A DNA stretch of 39,001 bases from Actinomycetota bacterium (GCA_041192285.1 JBEENC010000001.1:1-39001); one strand, 5' to 3'. Shown: positions 19,562 to 31,586, counted from the stretch's first letter. Made by a program: numbers and translations. Notes: a model not told the origin generated them from the sequence alone.

Positions 19562-21720
19562 TTATTGGTTGTTCGATAAACGTCGTACACGCCCTCAATT
19601 GATCTAACTGCACTTAAAACCGCATCCAAATGCGTGGCATCAGCCATTTCAAATGTAAAGCGAGAGATTGCAACGCGATCTTTGGTGGTACTTACTGCTG
19701 CGCTAAGAATATTAACTTGCTGTTCAGATAATGTACGAGTCACATCGGCTAGTAAACGTGCTCTATCGAGTGCTTCAACTTGAATATTGACCAAGAATAA
19801 ACTTGAGGCACCTTCTAGCCACTTCACACCCACGATGCGGTCACTCTGATGTGTGCGCAAATCATCAGCATTTACACAATCAGATCGATGAACTGATACT
19901 CCACTTCCACGAGTAATAAATCCCATGATTGGGTCCCCTGGAACTGGCGTACAACAACGAGCAAGCTTTACTAGAACATCATCAATTCCTTCGACCTTAA
20001 TTGCACTACTAGAGCGTTTAGCAACTGGTGCTCCCCCGGGAATAAAATCCATAGTGGGTTCAGGGTGAGAATCTTCAACACCCATGAACTGAACTAACTT
20101 GTCAATGATCGCAGCCGATGAAACATGACCATCACCCACTGCTGAATACAACGCTGAGATGTCCGGGTATCTCAACTCATGTGCGAGTTCAAGTAGCGCA
20201 TGGCCTGCAAAGATTTTTTGTAAAGGCAATCCTGCTTTGCGCATTTGACGAGCAATTGATTCACGCCCTGCTTCTATCGCTTCTTCACGTCGCTCTTTGC
20301 TAAACCAGGCCTTGATCTTTGACCGAGCACGGGGACTCTTAACAAAGTTAAGCCAATCACGAGAAGGCGCAGCTGACTCACTTTTATTGGTAACAATTTC
20401 AACAACATCACCATTATTCAAGCGAGTATCAAGTGGAATTAATCGTCCATTTACCTTTGCGCCCGCACATCTATTGCCAACATCTGTATGCACTGAATAT
20501 GCAAAATCAACAGGCGTCGAACCGCCTGGAAGAGCCACAACGCTTCCTTTGGGTGTAAAAACGAAAACTTCAGGAGTACCAAGATCGAATCTGAGCGCTT
20601 CTAAGAACTCTGAAGGATCTTCAGTTTCTTTCTGCCATTCATGTAATTGTCGCAACCAAAGCATTTGCGGAGAAGAGGAATTCGTATCAGTGCCATGCTT
20701 ATATTTCCAGTGAGCCGCGATTCCAAATTCAGCGCGTGAATGCATCTCAAAGGTGCGAATCTGAATCTCAATTGCTTTGCCATCAGGTCCAATAACAGTG
20801 GTGTGAAGTGATTGATATAAATTAAATTTTGGCATTGCAATGTAATCTTTGAATCTGCCTGGAACCGGTGACCATCGGGCGTGAATAGAACCAAGTACTG
20901 CGTAGCAATCCTTTACATCATTTACCAAAACTCTAATTCCAACTAAATCGTAAATATCATTAAAATCACGACCGCGAACAACCATCTTCTGATAGACGCT
21001 GAAGAAGTGCTTTTTACGACCCGTGACACTTGCTTCAATGGAGTCCTTTGCCAGATCCACTTCAACATCTTTAATAACTTCGGCAGTCAGAGCATCGCGA
21101 GAAGGACTTCGCTCTGCAACCAACCGTGAAATTTCTTCAAACTTCTTCGGTTCAAGAACTGCAAATGAGAGATCTTCTAACTCCCATTTAATTGCGTTCA
21201 TGCCAAGTCGATGAGCAAGAGGTGCATAGATATCTAATGTCTCTCGGGCCTTGCGTTCGGCGCTCTGTAGATCTACATATTTCCATGTGCGAGCATTATG
21301 TAATCGATCCGCCAGTTTAATAACGAGTACCCGAATATCACGCGACATCGCAACAACCATCTTGCGCACGGTCTCTGCTTCAGCAGTGGGTCCGTAACTT
21401 AATTTATCTAATTTTGTCACGCCATCGACTAATGATGAAATTTCATCGCCAAAATCACCCTTTAATTGAGTTAATGAATAGGGCGTATCTTCAACCGTGT
21501 CATGCAATAACGCAGCGATAATAGTTGCGTCATTTAAGCCAAGTTCGGCAAGAATTGAGGCAACGGCAACAGGATGAGTAATGTATTCATCACCTGATTT
21601 ACGAAGTTGTCCTAAGTGGGCTTTCTTTGCAACTTCATAGGCTTTTTCAACCTTTGCAACATCAGAGTTTGGATCATGCTCCTGTAAGGAGTTGATCAAG
21701 GGTTGTAAGAGTGTGTCCAT
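19558..21720 (-). CDS. relA: Bifunctional (p)ppGpp synthetase/hydrolase Rel
   Basis: Intact HD hydrolase (YITHP...LLHDTVED), IKLADRLHN, GRFKDY, YQSLHT, EIQIRT, TGS (PVDFAY) and ACT domains. Confidence 0.97.
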   Translation of the reverse strand: MDTLLQPLINSLQEHDPNSDVAKVEKAYEVAKKAHLGQLRKSGDEYITHPVAVASILAELGLNDATIIAALLHDTVEDTPYSLTQLKGDFGDEISSLVDGVTKLDKLSYGPTAEAETVRKMVVAMSRDIRVLVIKLADRLHNARTWKYVDLQSAERKARETLDIYAPLAHRLGMNAIKWELEDLSFAVLEPKKFEEISRLVAERSPSRDALTAEVIKDVEVDLAKDSIEASVTGRKKHFFSVYQKMVVRGRDFNDIYDLVGIRVLVNDVKDCYAVLGSIHARWSPVPGRFKDYIAMPKFNLYQSLHTTVIGPDGKAIEIQIRTFEMHSRAEFGIAAHWKYKHGTDTNSSSPQMLWLRQLHEWQKETEDPSEFLEALRFDLGTPEVFVFTPKGSVVALPGGSTPVDFAYSVHTDVGNRCAGAKVNGRLIPLDTRLNNGDVVEIVTNKSESAAPSRDWLNFVKSPRARSKIKAWFSKERREEAIEAGRESIARQMRKAGLPLQKIFAGHALLELAHELRYPDISALYSAVGDGHVSSAAIIDKLVQFMGVEDSHPEPTMDFIPGGAPVAKRSSSAIKVEGIDDVLVKLARCCTPVPGDPIMGFITRGSGVSVHRSDCVNADDLRTHQSDRIVGVKWLEGASSLFLVNIQVEALDRARLLADVTRTLSEQQVNILSAAVSTTKDRVAISRFTFEMADATHLDAVLSAVRSIEGVYDVYRTTNN

Positions 21721-21737
21721 CTGGGACGCAAATAAAG

Positions 21738-22796
21738 TTACTTGCGACCTTTACGTTTTGGTTGATTACGAGGACCACGTTTCTCACCGCTGTTATCTAT
21801 TGCAACAGCACCAGTTGTTGCCATCGCTGGTGATCCACCACGAGCGTTAACGCGTTTTGCTAGCGCCCGCATCGCAGGTTCACGCTCACGCATTGCAGCG
21901 AGCAAAGGCGTTGCAATAAAGATTGAAGAATATGCTCCGGTAGCTAGACCGATAAATAGCGCTAAAGAGAGATCTTTAAGTGTTCCCGCTCCTAATAATC
22001 CTGCGCCGACAAAAAGAATTGAACCAACGGGTAGCAATGCAACGATGGTTGTATTAATTGAGCGCACAACTGTTTGGTTGACAGCTAAGTTTGCTGCTTG
22101 TGAATATGTCATCTTGGATGTGGAAGTAATTGATCGAGTAATTTCGCGGACTCTGTCAAAAACGACAACTGTGTCATAGAGCGAATAGCCCAAAATAGTT
22201 AAGAACCCAATCACCGTCGCTGGCGTAACATCAAAGCCGACAAGTGCGTAGATTCCAACTGTGATGAACACATCGTGCACAACTGCAATGATTGCCGCTA
22301 TTGCCATTTTTGGTTCAAAAGCCATGGCTAAATAAAGAATCACAACGATTAAAAAGCCAACCAGGCCGTATAGAGCCTTACGAGTAATTTCTTTACCCCA
22401 TGAAGGTCCAATGATTTGTGTGTCAATCGAATCAACACTGACGCCAAATGCTGATGCTAATGAGTCCTCAACAGCATTAGATTCTTGCGTTGAAAGTGAA
22501 CCTGTTTGTACACGAATTTTGTCACTTCCAACTTGCTGAATAATTTTTTCCCCGGTGATTCCTGCACTTGCTAGCGCTGATTCTGCCTGAGCAATCGAAG
22601 AGCCAACCTTTGTTACCGTGTATGAAGATCCGCCTTTGAATTCAATACCTAGATGCAATCCCTGTAATGCAAGTGCTGCAATGGAGGCAATAATCAAAAG
22701 GCCAGAGAGTGCATACCAGCGGCGGCGCTTTCCAATGTAATCAACTGAGGTTTCACCCGAGTGCAATCGAGCGCCTAATCCTGAAAACTTAGACAT
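21738..22796 (-). CDS. secF: Protein translocase subunit SecF
   Basis: GIEFKGG, IGPSWG, TILGYSLYDTVVVFDRVRE and RSINT. Confidence 0.96.
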   Translation of the reverse strand: MSKFSGLGARLHSGETSVDYIGKRRRWYALSGLLIIASIAALALQGLHLGIEFKGGSSYTVTKVGSSIAQAESALASAGITGEKIIQQVGSDKIRVQTGSLSTQESNAVEDSLASAFGVSVDSIDTQIIGPSWGKEITRKALYGLVGFLIVVILYLAMAFEPKMAIAAIIAVVHDVFITVGIYALVGFDVTPATVIGFLTILGYSLYDTVVVFDRVREITRSITSTSKMTYSQAANLAVNQTVVRSINTTIVALLPVGSILFVGAGLLGAGTLKDLSLALFIGLATGAYSSIFIATPLLAAMREREPAMRALAKRVNARGGSPAMATTGAVAIDNSGEKRGPRNQPKRKGRK

Positions 22797-22799
22797 AAC

Positions 22800-24323
22800 T
22801 TACGCCTCCTTTGTTGCATGAGATACATTGCCGATACTTTTTGCCGATACACCAGATAGAGCATGACCGGAACTAAAGAATTTCAACCTAGCCAAAAACA
22901 TTGTCAATGGTTTAGTGAAGGCAAATACGACGATTAAATCGACAAGTGTTGTGAGCCCCAACGTAAATGCGAAACCACGTACGCCACCCACAGCGAATAG
23001 GTATAGGAGAACAGCGGAAATAATTGAAACGAAGTCAGCAACTACGATGGTCCTGCGTGCTTTAGTCCAACCAGTTTCAACCGCCGAACGCAGAGATCGA
23101 CCATCACGAATCTCATCTCGTATACGTTCGAAGTAGACGATAAAGGAGTCAGCTGTAATACCGATCGCAACAATGGCACCTGCGATACCAGCTAAAGTAA
23201 GTGTGAATCCAATCCACTTACCGAGAAGCAGGAAGAGAAGGTAAACAAGGGCGCTCGCAACCAAGAGGGAACCTATAGAAACAAAACCTAAACCGCGATA
23301 GTACAAAACTGAATATACGAAAATAAGTATGAAACCCAAAAGACCAGCCAATAAACCTGCATCTAATTGATCGGCGCCCAAAGTCGGAGAAACTTGCTGA
23401 ACTTCTCCGCGGTCAAATGCCAGTGGCAACGCACCGTACTTAAGAACGTTGGCAAGATCTTGTGCTTCTAATTGGGTAAAGGAACCAGTAATTTGAGCAT
23501 TTCCAGAGGGAATTGCTTCATTAATACGTGGAGCCGAAACAACTAATCCGTCCAAAACAATAGCTACCTGGTTCTGCGGAGATGGCAAAGATGTTACTCG
23601 CCCAGTGATATCACCAAAAGCTTTTGTACCTTCATCATTGAAAACTAGTGAGACATACCAAGCATTACCACCTTGCTGATCAATTCCGGCTGTTGCTTTA
23701 GAAACCTGACGTCCAAGTACTTCTGCTTTATCAAGAATGTACTTTGCGCCGCCATTTCTATCGCAGGCAATAATTGCGCTCTCTGCATTATCGCTACCAG
23801 TACCCTGGAGATTTTCTGGTTTAGTGCAATCAAGGGCTGCAAATTGTGCGTTTAACTCTGGCGTGACAGCGGCCGCAGGAGTTGCTGCTGGATCTGTAGG
23901 AGCCGCAGATGCAGCACCTGGCGCTGTTGCTAGTACTTGTCTAAATCGCAATTCTGCAGTTTGCCCAACTAATTCGACAACACGCCGTCCAGTATCTCCT
24001 GGAATTGAAATAATAATTTGACGATTTGTTCCGCTACCTTGCGCGGCAACTTCACTTTCGGCAACACCTAATGAGTTAACACGTTGGCGAATAATTGAAA
24101 CAGCTTGATCGATTGCCTCTGTGGTGACTTTGCCATTTTCACCTGGAGCAATGCGCGGTTGCAACGTAACACTTGTTCCTCCGCGAAGGTCTAAACCAAG
24201 TCGTACTGCTTTTGCACCAGTAATAAGAACTGTTGCGAGCAAGGCAAGCATGACGAGGGCAAGGACTACCAAGGTGCGCCCTGGACGGGCAGCAGTTTTT
24301 ACGGGTTTATTCGATGTAGACAT
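22800..24323 (-). CDS. secD: Protein translocase subunit SecD
   Basis: LGLDLRGG, RVNSLGVAE, AIVLDG.VVSAP, LKYGALP and GITADSFIVYFERIRDE. Confidence 0.96.
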   Translation of the reverse strand: MSTSNKPVKTAARPGRTLVVLALVMLALLATVLITGAKAVRLGLDLRGGTSVTLQPRIAPGENGKVTTEAIDQAVSIIRQRVNSLGVAESEVAAQGSGTNRQIIISIPGDTGRRVVELVGQTAELRFRQVLATAPGAASAAPTDPAATPAAAVTPELNAQFAALDCTKPENLQGTGSDNAESAIIACDRNGGAKYILDKAEVLGRQVSKATAGIDQQGGNAWYVSLVFNDEGTKAFGDITGRVTSLPSPQNQVAIVLDGLVVSAPRINEAIPSGNAQITGSFTQLEAQDLANVLKYGALPLAFDRGEVQQVSPTLGADQLDAGLLAGLLGFILIFVYSVLYYRGLGFVSIGSLLVASALVYLLFLLLGKWIGFTLTLAGIAGAIVAIGITADSFIVYFERIRDEIRDGRSLRSAVETGWTKARRTIVVADFVSIISAVLLYLFAVGGVRGFAFTLGLTTLVDLIVVFAFTKPLTMFLARLKFFSSGHALSGVSAKSIGNVSHATKEA

Positions 24324-24334
24324 AAGTGCAGAGT

Positions 24335-25387
24335 CTAGGCGTGAATATCTGGTGTGTCGAAAAGGCCCGGAGTTGCCGATAAATCAGCAGGCGGAGTGCG
24401 CCCAATATGGGTCCAACCCAATGGCGTTGCAACTCTTCCGCGAGATGTGCGGGCCATAAATCCATTGCGGACTAAGAAAGGTTCTGCGACAGATTCAACA
24501 GTTTCACTCTCTTCACCAACTGCAATGGCAAGAGTAGATAGACCAACAGGTCCGCCATTGAATCGTTCGATGAGGGCAGTGAGAACAGCTCGATCTAATC
24601 GATCTAGACCTTTTTCATCTACTTCATACATTTCTAGAGCGGCCATTGCGTGATCATGCGAAAGTACATTTCCACCTTGTACCTGAGCAAAATCTCGCAC
24701 ACGACGAAGTAATCTATTGGAAATTCTTGGGGTACCACGAGAGCGCCCTGCTATTTCATCAACTGCCTTTGCATCAATAGTTAAGCCAAGCAATTTTGCA
24801 CTTCGAGTAATTACTGTTGCTAAATCTTTTTCATCATAGAAATCAAGGTGGGCAGTAAAGCCAAATCGATCACGCAACGGACTAGGCAGCAATCCTGCAC
24901 GAGTTGTTGCACCTACTAGTGTAAATCGTGGGAGTTGCAGCCGAATAGCAGTTGCTCCCGGACCCTTTCCGACAACAACATCTACACGAAAATCTTCCAT
25001 AGCAAGGTAGAGCAACTCTTCGGCTGGACGAGGCAACCTATGTATTTCATCGAGAAAGAGGATTTCACCTTCAACTAAAGAAGAAAGAATGGCTGCTAAA
25101 TCTCCTGCGTGCGTGATTGCCGGTCCACTTGTAACGCGAATAGGAGTATTCATTTCACTCGCCAAAATAAGTGCAAGTGTTGTTTTACCTAATCCTGGTG
25201 GACCTGATAACAAAATATGATCAGCCGCGCTTTCGCGTTTTCTGGCAGCGCTGAGCAATACATCTATTTGCTGGCGCACTCTGTCTTGACCAATAAAATC
25301 TTGTAGAGTCTTTGGGCGTAGCGCATTTTCTGCGACACCATCATCGCTTCGAAGCGCCGGAGTTACCAGGCGATCATCGGGGGTCAT
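24335..25387 (-). CDS. ruvB: Holliday junction branch migration helicase RuvB
   Basis: [40 protein letters not shown] and RGTPRI. Confidence 0.98.
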   Translation of the reverse strand: MTPDDRLVTPALRSDDGVAENALRPKTLQDFIGQDRVRQQIDVLLSAARKRESAADHILLSGPPGLGKTTLALILASEMNTPIRVTSGPAITHAGDLAAILSSLVEGEILFLDEIHRLPRPAEELLYLAMEDFRVDVVVGKGPGATAIRLQLPRFTLVGATTRAGLLPSPLRDRFGFTAHLDFYDEKDLATVITRSAKLLGLTIDAKAVDEIAGRSRGTPRISNRLLRRVRDFAQVQGGNVLSHDHAMAALEMYEVDEKGLDRLDRAVLTALIERFNGGPVGLSTLAIAVGEESETVESVAEPFLVRNGFMARTSRGRVATPLGWTHIGRTPPADLSATPGLFDTPDIHA

Positions 25388-25983
25388 TTTTTACCACTTT
25401 GTAGTGCACGTTTAAGTAATTCGCCTAACTCCATCTTTGCAATTTCTTCCTGGGGTATATCGGATAAAACAGAGTTAATAGCATCATCGGAATCTTTGGC
25501 TGAAAATCCTAAAGATACAAGAGCACTTGTCAATTGTTCGCGCCATACAGGTTGATGAGATCTCGTATATGAACCCTGCCCGAAATCGCTGATCTTTGAT
25601 TTGAGTTCCAGGATTAAACGCTGGGCTCCTTTTTTGCCTATTCCAGGAACTTTTTCAATCGCAGAAATATTTTCAGTGTTGACTGCGTGTGCTAATTCTG
25701 AAGGAGTCAGTGCACCTAAAATTGAGAGCGCAACTTTTGGACCAATACCTGAAACGGTTTGGACTAATTCAAATAGAACTCGAGAGGGTTCATCGCTAAA
25801 ACCAAAGAGAGTAAGCGAATCTTCTCGCACAACAAGGGAAGTGAATAAGTTTGCATGGGCACCAATTGTCAATGAATTGCTGGTGTGAGCATTTATTAAA
25901 ACATTCATGCCTACTCCCCCTACTTCAATAATTGCTCTATCGGAAGTAAGTGATTTCACCGTTCCGCTTAGCGTTGCAATCAT
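25384..25983 (-). CDS. ruvA: Holliday junction binding protein RuvA
   Basis: [19 protein letters not shown] and [11 protein letters not shown] HhH motifs. Confidence 0.96.
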   Translation of the reverse strand: MIATLSGTVKSLTSDRAIIEVGGVGMNVLINAHTSNSLTIGAHANLFTSLVVREDSLTLFGFSDEPSRVLFELVQTVSGIGPKVALSILGALTPSELAHAVNTENISAIEKVPGIGKKGAQRLILELKSKISDFGQGSYTRSHQPVWREQLTSALVSLGFSAKDSDDAINSVLSDIPQEEIAKMELGELLKRALQSGKK

Positions 25984-26513
25984 CGAAGGGCTGCCAATCT
26001 CTTTTTCTCCGCAGCTAACGCCGTTTTAATTTTTGAATCAGCAGAACCACGCCAAATATGACAGATGGCGAGTGCGAGTGCATCAGCGCTATCTGCTGGC
26101 TTAGGAATTTCTTGTAAATTCAACAGACGCTTGACCATTTCTGATACTTGAGCTTTATTAGCTCGACCAGAACCTGTTACTGCCGCTTTTACTTCACTCG
26201 GTGTATGTAAAAACACTGGAATAGCGTTTTGTGCCGCAACTAATAATGCGATTCCGGCAGCTTGCGCTGTGCCCATAACAGTGCGCACATTGTGCTGAGA
26301 GAAAACTCTTTCCACAGCAATAACATCAGGAGAATACTTTTCAACCCATTGCGTAATCTGTGAGTGCAATTCAAGTAAACGATGATCAAGATCTAAATCT
26401 GTAGCGGTCATGATGACGCCAACTCCGTCTAATGTCAGAACAGATCCTGGAGTTCCAGAGACGATGCCGACGCCACATCTAGTCAGACCTGGGTCGATTC
26501 CAAGAACTCGCAT
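25980..26513 (-). CDS. ruvC: Crossover junction endodeoxyribonuclease RuvC
   Basis: [28 protein letters not shown] and [12 protein letters not shown]. Confidence 0.97.
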   Translation of the reverse strand: MRVLGIDPGLTRCGVGIVSGTPGSVLTLDGVGVIMTATDLDLDHRLLELHSQITQWVEKYSPDVIAVERVFSQHNVRTVMGTAQAAGIALLVAAQNAIPVFLHTPSEVKAAVTGSGRANKAQVSEMVKRLLNLQEIPKPADSADALALAICHIWRGSADSKIKTALAAEKKRLAALR

Positions 26514-26519
26514 GGCGCA

Positions 26520-26525
26520 AGCCTA
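26520..26525 (-). promoter_or_regulatory. -10 (TAGGCT) of a leaderless ruvCAB transcript
   Basis: TAGGCT-tgcgcc-ATG (6-nt spacer), no SD. Confidence 0.6.
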
Positions 26526-26543
26526 AGAGGTGGGGCGAAAAAT

Positions 26544-27296
26544 TTAAGCCAGGCTCGCCATTACTTCATCTGATACATCAGCGTTACTGAAGACATTTTG
26601 CACATCATCTAGCTCTTCGATCGCATCGATAAGTTCGAATACTTTCGTCGCTGACTCGGCATCCAAATCAATTGTCATGGATGGAATGAAAGAAGAATCC
26701 GCAGATTCGTAATCTATTCCCGCATTTTGAAGTGCTGTGCGCGCTGTGACTAAATCACTTGCCTCGCAAACTATTTCAAATGCATCGCCATTATCGTTAA
26801 CTTCTTCGGCGCCTGCTTCTAGAACTGCTTCTAGAATAGATTCTTCAGTTGTTCCTGATGCTTTATTGACAACGATTAAACCTTTGCGATGGAACAAATA
26901 TGAAACTGAACCAGGATCGGCCATAGAGCCACCATTGCGTGTGACAGCAACACGAACTTCAGATGCCGCGCGATTTCTGTTATCTGACAGACATTCGATC
27001 ATGATTGCGACACCATGTGGTCCGTAACCTTCATACATAATTGTTTGCCAATCAGCGCCACCAGATTCAAGGCCAGCACCGCGCTTGATTGCACGATCAA
27101 TATTGTCTGCAGGCATTGAATTCTTCTTCGCCTTTGCAACAGCGTCAAAGAGTGTTGGGTTGCCATCCATATCTGGACCACCGTTGCGCGAAGCAACTTC
27201 GATTGCTTTAATCAACTTCGCGAAATTCTTAGCACGACGACCATCAATGACAGCTTTTTTGTGCTTTGTAGTTGCCCACTTGGAATGGCCGGACAT
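26544..27296 (-). CDS. yebC: YebC/PmpR-family protein
   Basis: [27 protein letters not shown] and DDVQNVFSN. Confidence 0.96.
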   Translation of the reverse strand: MSGHSKWATTKHKKAVIDGRRAKNFAKLIKAIEVASRNGGPDMDGNPTLFDAVAKAKKNSMPADNIDRAIKRGAGLESGGADWQTIMYEGYGPHGVAIMIECLSDNRNRAASEVRVAVTRNGGSMADPGSVSYLFHRKGLIVVNKASGTTEESILEAVLEAGAEEVNDNGDAFEIVCEASDLVTARTALQNAGIDYESADSSFIPSMTIDLDAESATKVFELIDAIEELDDVQNVFSNADVSDEVMASLA

Positions 27297-27358
27297 TTAA
27301 CACCTCACCTGAAAGATTGTTTATTCCTGACTTACTTTATCGTAATCTCAACGAATCT

Positions 27359-27964
27359 CTATGAGCAAACTTTTTCGAGGAAGTACCTATGGACGCTGTA
27401 ATCATCGGTAATTTCAGGATGAAAAGCAGTGGCTAACAAATGCCCTTGACGCACTGCTATCACATGAGATGCCCCGTCTGAGCCTTCTAAACTAGCTAAA
27501 ACTTCAACGTTCTTGCCAACTTTTTCAACCCACGGTGCCCTAATAAATATTGCACGTATCGGAGAGTTTGAAATTGCAGGAGCTGAGATATCACTTTCAA
27601 AAGAATCTACTTGTCGCCCGAAAGCGTTGCGGCGAACAGTTATATCTATTCCACCGAAAGTTTCTTGACCATCTTGTGCGGCTACTATGTGATCTGCCAA
27701 CATAATCATTCCGGCACAGGAGCCGTACGTTGGCATGCCTGAAGCAATACGCTTTTTTATTGGTTCAAAGATTTCAAAAGATTTTGCAAGGGAAACAATT
27801 GTGGTTGATTCTCCACCCGGAATTATGAGTGCATCAACTTTTTCTAACTCTGCAGGAGTGCGAACCTCAAATCCTGAGACATCACACCTGGCCAAGGCGC
27901 TTAAGTGTTCGCGGAAATCACCCTGTAAAGCCAGAACACCGACCTGCAAGTTTTTTACTACCAA
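27359..27964 (-). CDS. pdxT: Pyridoxal 5'-phosphate synthase glutaminase subunit
   Basis: [39 protein letters not shown] and FHPE. Confidence 0.96.
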   Translation of the reverse strand: MVVKNLQVGVLALQGDFREHLSALARCDVSGFEVRTPAELEKVDALIIPGGESTTIVSLAKSFEIFEPIKKRIASGMPTYGSCAGMIMLADHIVAAQDGQETFGGIDITVRRNAFGRQVDSFESDISAPAISNSPIRAIFIRAPWVEKVGKNVEVLASLEGSDGASHVIAVRQGHLLATAFHPEITDDYSVHRYFLEKVCS

Positions 27965-28845
27965 CCGCGTTCAGAGAGGCGATGTGGCGCTGGAAGATCT
28001 GCAACGTTGATTCCGACCATGGCTTCACCAAGTCCGCGTGAGGCATCTCCAACAACTTTAGGATCCTTGTAAAACGTAGTTGCCTTCACGCATGCTGATG
28101 CGCGCTTTTTTGGATCTCCAGATTTGAAGATACCTGAACCGATGAATACTCCATCAGCACCCATCTGCATCATCAGGGCCGCGTCCGCTGGAGTCGCAAT
28201 GCCACCTGCTGTAAATAGAACGACTGGAAGTTTTCCATTTGCAGCAACCTCTTTAACTAAATCAAATGGTGCCTGCATCTCTTTTGCAGCGACATAGAGT
28301 TCATCTTCACGCATGGAAGTGAGGCGGCGAATTTCTCCACCAATTTGGCGCATGTGAGTCATCGCATTTGAAACATCACCGGTTCCGGCTTCGCCTTTAG
28401 AACGGATCATTGCTGCACCCTCATTGATACGACGAAGTGCTTCACCTAAATTTGTAGCACCGCAAACAAAAGGAATAGTGAAATCCCACTTGTTAATGTG
28501 ATTGGCGTAATCAGTCGGAGTGAGAACTTCAGATTCATCAATGTAATCAACACCCAAGCTTTGAAGAATTTGTGCTTCAACAAAGTGTCCTATGCGAACT
28601 TTAGCCATTACAGGAATTGACACTGCGGCTTGAATTGCAGCAATCATGTCAGGATCTGACATGCGTGCAACGCCACCTTGTGCACGGATATCGGCCGGAA
28701 CTCTTTCAAGTGCCATAACAGCGACAGCGCCAGCATCTTCGGCAATTTTTGCTTGCTCAACATTGACAACGTCCATGATGACGCCGCCTTTAAGCATTTC
28801 TGCCATACCGCGTTTAACGCGTGATGTTCCGCTTTCCTGTGCCAT
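27958..28845 (-). CDS. pdxS: Pyridoxal 5'-phosphate synthase lyase subunit
   Basis: [34 protein letters not shown] and [11 protein letters not shown]. Confidence 0.98.
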   Translation of the reverse strand: MAQESGTSRVKRGMAEMLKGGVIMDVVNVEQAKIAEDAGAVAVMALERVPADIRAQGGVARMSDPDMIAAIQAAVSIPVMAKVRIGHFVEAQILQSLGVDYIDESEVLTPTDYANHINKWDFTIPFVCGATNLGEALRRINEGAAMIRSKGEAGTGDVSNAMTHMRQIGGEIRRLTSMREDELYVAAKEMQAPFDLVKEVAANGKLPVVLFTAGGIATPADAALMMQMGADGVFIGSGIFKSGDPKKRASACVKATTFYKDPKVVGDASRGLGEAMVGINVADLPAPHRLSERGW

Positions 28846-28876
28846 TACAACTCCCTGTATGAATAGGGTGCTAATA

Positions 28877-29905
28877 CTACTTTGAAGTTGGAGTTGGCGC
28901 GCTCACAGGTTTGCGCGTGAAATCTGGCTCTTTGTCAGTAAGGGCAACCCACACTTGTCCTGGTGCGAACTTTATTTCTGCCCCAGTTGCATCTGTCCAT
29001 GTTGTTGGCGATAGAACATCTGGGCGATTCCACGTTGCTTGGATCACAGTTCCATCGCGCAGTACGTAACCCTTTCCGGTTCCTACCGTTTGAGAGAACG
29101 GAGTATTTCCACCGAACTTATCTCCGTACTCAGAAGGCGTAATAGAAACTAATTGGATAACTAATGTGGTTGGACCTAAGTTTTTTCCTAGATCAGAAAC
29201 GTCAGGTAACGAATTAACACTTAAAAACCAGCGGCTACTGGCGCTATCCCAGCGGGCAGAATATTTCTGTGCCGGCCAATGCATCGTAACATCGATAATT
29301 TCAAAACCCTGATTCTCCAATTTATCTGAGAAATTCCAACCGATATTTTTTGCCGAGTCAATAATCGTAGCCTTGCTCACTTCATTAGCCATGAGAGCTT
29401 GTGCATTAAGGAACATGGCATACGGTTGAATTCGATTTGGATCTGTTAAATAAAAGATTGGACCTCGTCGCATCGCACCGACGTCTGAAAGATTTGCAGC
29501 AGCAATCACTGGGAGCAATTTCTTTTGCGCACCGCTAAATGCAAATCCAACCCGACCATATTGGGCGAGCAGGTCAATATCGCTAATACGCGCACTGCGA
29601 ACCGGACCGATACGTGGTGGAATTTTTGATGAAAAAACTGCAGCCAATCTTGTTAGACCTCCTTCTACTTGCTCGATATAAACAACATCTGCGAACTCCA
29701 AACCAACCTGAGGACGAGCATTTGCTGTGTCATCTATCTTCACAACAAGTACCGGACCATTCTCGCCCTCTCGGCCGCTGAGCACATTGGTTTGAATTGG
29801 ATCTGAAGTCACTTGAGTGAGGTTCTGTGAAATAGATGTGCATCCTGCAGTACTTAAAACTGCCACGTAAGCAACAAAAATAAGAACTCTTTTTTTAGAG
29901 AACAT
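28877..29905 (-). CDS. DUF3048-family lipoprotein
   Basis: VKIDD...ARPQ.GL..ADVV....VEGG.TR and GPVRSAR. From ATG 29905 the protein has a basic, hydrophobic signal ending in a lipobox-like TAG|C. Confidence 0.82.
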   Translation of the reverse strand: MFSKKRVLIFVAYVAVLSTAGCTSISQNLTQVTSDPIQTNVLSGREGENGPVLVVKIDDTANARPQVGLEFADVVYIEQVEGGLTRLAAVFSSKIPPRIGPVRSARISDIDLLAQYGRVGFAFSGAQKKLLPVIAAANLSDVGAMRRGPIFYLTDPNRIQPYAMFLNAQALMANEVSKATIIDSAKNIGWNFSDKLENQGFEIIDVTMHWPAQKYSARWDSASSRWFLSVNSLPDVSDLGKNLGPTTLVIQLVSITPSEYGDKFGGNTPFSQTVGTGKGYVLRDGTVIQATWNRPDVLSPTTWTDATGAEIKFAPGQVWVALTDKEPDFTRKPVSAPTPTSK

Positions 29906-30398
29906 CAGATTCAAACTCATAAGTAATTGGTAGCGGCGCCGTGCCGGCCAAGCGAAACAAGCGGACAATCACTTTGCTGCGCACTAAATGGGTTCTAGCT
30001 ACAGCATCAACGTGTAAGACAATTGCAATTCTAACTTTGTCCGTTAACTCAGATAACTCACGGAGCAAAACGATCTCTGCAGGACGTTGACTGCTCTGGC
30101 CATCAGCTAGCAAAAGACCCAATGCGCCAGATAATCCACTCTCGGCCGCGGATCTATTTTCAATGCGCGCCTCACGGGCTTGGTAGGCAGCTGCGGTTAG
30201 GAGCATCGCTGATGCAGGATCGGCAATCTCACTACGAGTGATTTCAAGTGCAATTGCCGCTCGACGTTGTAAAAGTCCATCTAAATTGGCCCAACTGGTT
30301 TCCACTCGATGATGCAATCGATCTAAACGAGTTGCCAAAAAAGTTAAGTACCAAATGAATACCAGGAGGAAAATCCCGACGATCACAAAGGTCTTCAC
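29895..30398 (-). CDS. Conserved actinobacterial LemA-like membrane protein
   Basis: N-terminal TM, RLDRLHHRV, ESGLSGAL and VRLFRLAGTAPLP..FE; usual neighbour downstream of pimA. Confidence 0.75.
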   Translation of the reverse strand: MKTFVIVGIFLLVFIWYLTFLATRLDRLHHRVETSWANLDGLLQRRAAIALEITRSEIADPASAMLLTAAAYQAREARIENRSAAESGLSGALGLLLADGQSSQRPAEIVLLRELSELTDKVRIAIVLHVDAVARTHLVRSKVIVRLFRLAGTAPLPITYEFESDVL

Positions 30399-31586
30399 TT
30401 ATGCATCCCCTCGTTGATCGCGTCCAATAAATCTACTCCATGCTCGGTTTTCTGATGCGAGGCGAACTTTTTCACCACTTACCAGTGACATTTCATAGAT
30501 TGAAAAAATTTGATCCGCTACAACTTTCCAATCAAATTGTTGTGCGTGTGTTTTGCCTACCTTGCCTAGTGCGATTCTACGCTCATCATCTCGCAATAAA
30601 TCAATTACCTGTTTAGCGAGATCAGTAGAACTTTCAGATTCAAATAACTCGCCGCACTCTCCATGATTTAAGAGTGAATCAAATGCTGGGATGTTACTTG
30701 CGACAACTGTGGCACCTCCAGCAAGAGCTTCTGCCAAAATAATTCCGAATGACTCTCCCCCGGTATTTGGTGCGACATAGAGTGATATTGAAGCGAGAAA
30801 ATTTGTTTTATCTTGTTCGGAAATCTTTCCAAGAAAAGTAAATCGAGAACGCAACTGGGGATCAATAGATTCGATGACATCTTTGGTATCGCCTGGTCCT
30901 GCGACAAAGACTCGAACATCAGGTGCGAATCTAGAAATAATTGGCAGAGCATCTACTAAAACTGAGAGCCCCTTACGAGGTTCTTCAAAGCGCCCGATAA
31001 ATCCCAATGTATTGCCCTGCCACTGCGCCTGCGCAACACCATCTCTGTATCGATCCACGTAAATTCCATTAGGAATAACAACAGCATCTGTTTCAAGGTG
31101 TTCGGTCAGCGTTGCACGAGCTGCTTCGCTGACAGCAATACGTGCAGATAGTTTTTCGATAACTGGTTCCAGAATCGGACCAATTGCAAAAATTGCTTTC
31201 TGTCTCTTTGCCGCCGCATGAAATGTCCCGACCATTGGACCCTCCGCAGCCCAGCATGCCAATAATGAAATAGAAGGAATTGCTGGCTCGTGTAAATGCA
31301 AAATATCGAAATCACCTTGTGCAATCCATTGGCGAACGCGCGCAAAAGCAATTGGCCCAAATAGAACACGTGCTACAGCCCCGTTGTATGGAATTGCTAT
31401 TGGTTTGCCGGCACTTGTTACATAACTTGCAATTGTGGTTTCATCAATGACAGGTGCTAAAACTGAAATGTCATGGCCTGCAGCAATTAAGTACTCAGCC
31501 AAATCGCGCACATGATTTTGTACACCACCTGGTGTATCCCAACCATATGGGCAGACAATTCCGATCTTGAGTGAACGAGTAAGCAT
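30399..31586 (-). CDS. pimA: Phosphatidylinositol alpha-mannosyltransferase (GT4)
   Basis: IGIVCPY.W..PGGVQ, PYNGAVAR, HLHEP, EPRKG and GGESFGIIL.EA; pgsA-patA-pimA order. Confidence 0.92.
   Translation of the reverse strand: MLTRSLKIGIVCPYGWDTPGGVQNHVRDLAEYLIAAGHDISVLAPVIDETTIASYVTSAGKPIAIPYNGAVARVLFGPIAFARVRQWIAQGDFDILHLHEPAIPSISLLACWAAEGPMVGTFHAAAKRQKAIFAIGPILEPVIEKLSARIAVSEAARATLTEHLETDAVVIPNGIYVDRYRDGVAQAQWQGNTLGFIGRFEEPRKGLSVLVDALPIISRFAPDVRVFVAGPGDTKDVIESIDPQLRSRFTFLGKISEQDKTNFLASISLYVAPNTGGESFGIILAEALAGGATVVASNIPAFDSLLNHGECGELFESESSTDLAKQVIDLLRDDERRIALGKVGKTHAQQFDWKVVADQIFSIYEMSLVSGEKVRLASENRAWSRFIGRDQRGDA

Noticed and set aside
28846-28876. CCCU/AGGG hairpin over the pdxS SD as a possible vitamin B6 riboswitch
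   Set aside because: Only a 4-bp stem in a leader of about 25 nt; too small to support the claim.
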